Source: Lepidodermella squamata
Lineage: Eukaryota > Animalia > Gastrotricha
Assembly (NCBI GenBank): GCA_047495785.1
Contig: JBLDXI010000054.1
Location: forward strand, 3,224,001 to 3,288,000
Direction: 5' to 3'
Length of the DNA: 64,000 bases
The translations under genes and the position numbers were made by a program. The first letter of the stretch is position 1. Each line of letters begins with the position of its first letter. Under the pieces are notes generated by a model that was given only the letters and a program-made list of their open reading frames with translations, had not been told where the DNA came from and searched no databases. Positions 63,901-64,000 of this stretch are shown here, in pieces.

Positions 63901-64000
63901 AGCTTTTTTACAACGCCTTCTGGATGACGAGGTTGACGATATGTCAATTGAGACTTTGCTTGACCATCAGCAGGTGTTGCTGCTACATGGCCTAGGAGGC
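57907..64000 (+). mobile_element. Second, head-to-tail copy of the same Helitron2-type element, truncated by the window end
   Basis: Sequence and every ORF translation repeat copy 1 at a constant offset of 10798 bp. Confidence 0.92.
58111..64000 (+). CDS. Helitron Rep-helicase polyprotein with 2A-like leader, copy 2, partial
   Basis: ORFs 58071, 59670, 60392 and 62214 translate identically to 47273, 48872, 49594 and 51416. Confidence 0.86.

Noticed and set aside
1-64000. CRISPR arrays, tRNA/rRNA genes, prokaryotic operons, and the many antisense or overlapping ORFs in the track
   Set aside because: No repeat-spacer array or structural RNA was recognised; the genes are intron-containing eukaryotic ones; the overlapping ORFs are shadows of real CDSs.

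Overview
Gene-dense eukaryotic (invertebrate animal-like) DNA with very short GT-AG introns (mostly about 45-60 nt). Bases 1-45.3 kb hold 14 host genes: an IgGFc-binding/lectin/discoidin/Sushi mosaic protein, SPMIP1-like, HAUS2, SMC6, ITFG2, CFP1/CXXC1, an NR2C (TR2/TR4-like) nuclear receptor, EIPR1, MLH1, an atlastin/GBP-like GTPase with no membrane anchor, a KH-KH-RRM-NYN RNase, and RPL18A, ATG7 and MOCS2A; ILVBL ends this block as a fifteenth gene. Several of these sit in co-oriented clusters with 0-125 nt gaps, consistent with operons resolved by trans-splicing. Small non-autonomous transposons and a LINE remnant lie between genes. From 47109 to the end is a head-to-tail tandem (period 10798 bp) of an apparently intact Helitron2/Helentron-type rolling-circle element. 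Its spliced Rep-helicase ORF starts with a leader ending in a 2A/StopGo motif (DIESNPG-P) whose final Pro codon exists only after a 49-nt intron is removed, and the element carries a second gene resembling RPA70 OB folds. The other standout is the ubiquitin-like MOCS2A ORF, whose stop codon directly abuts the start codon of the E1-like ATG7 (GGT GGT TAA ATG). All protein identities come from recognising motifs by eye; no searches were run.
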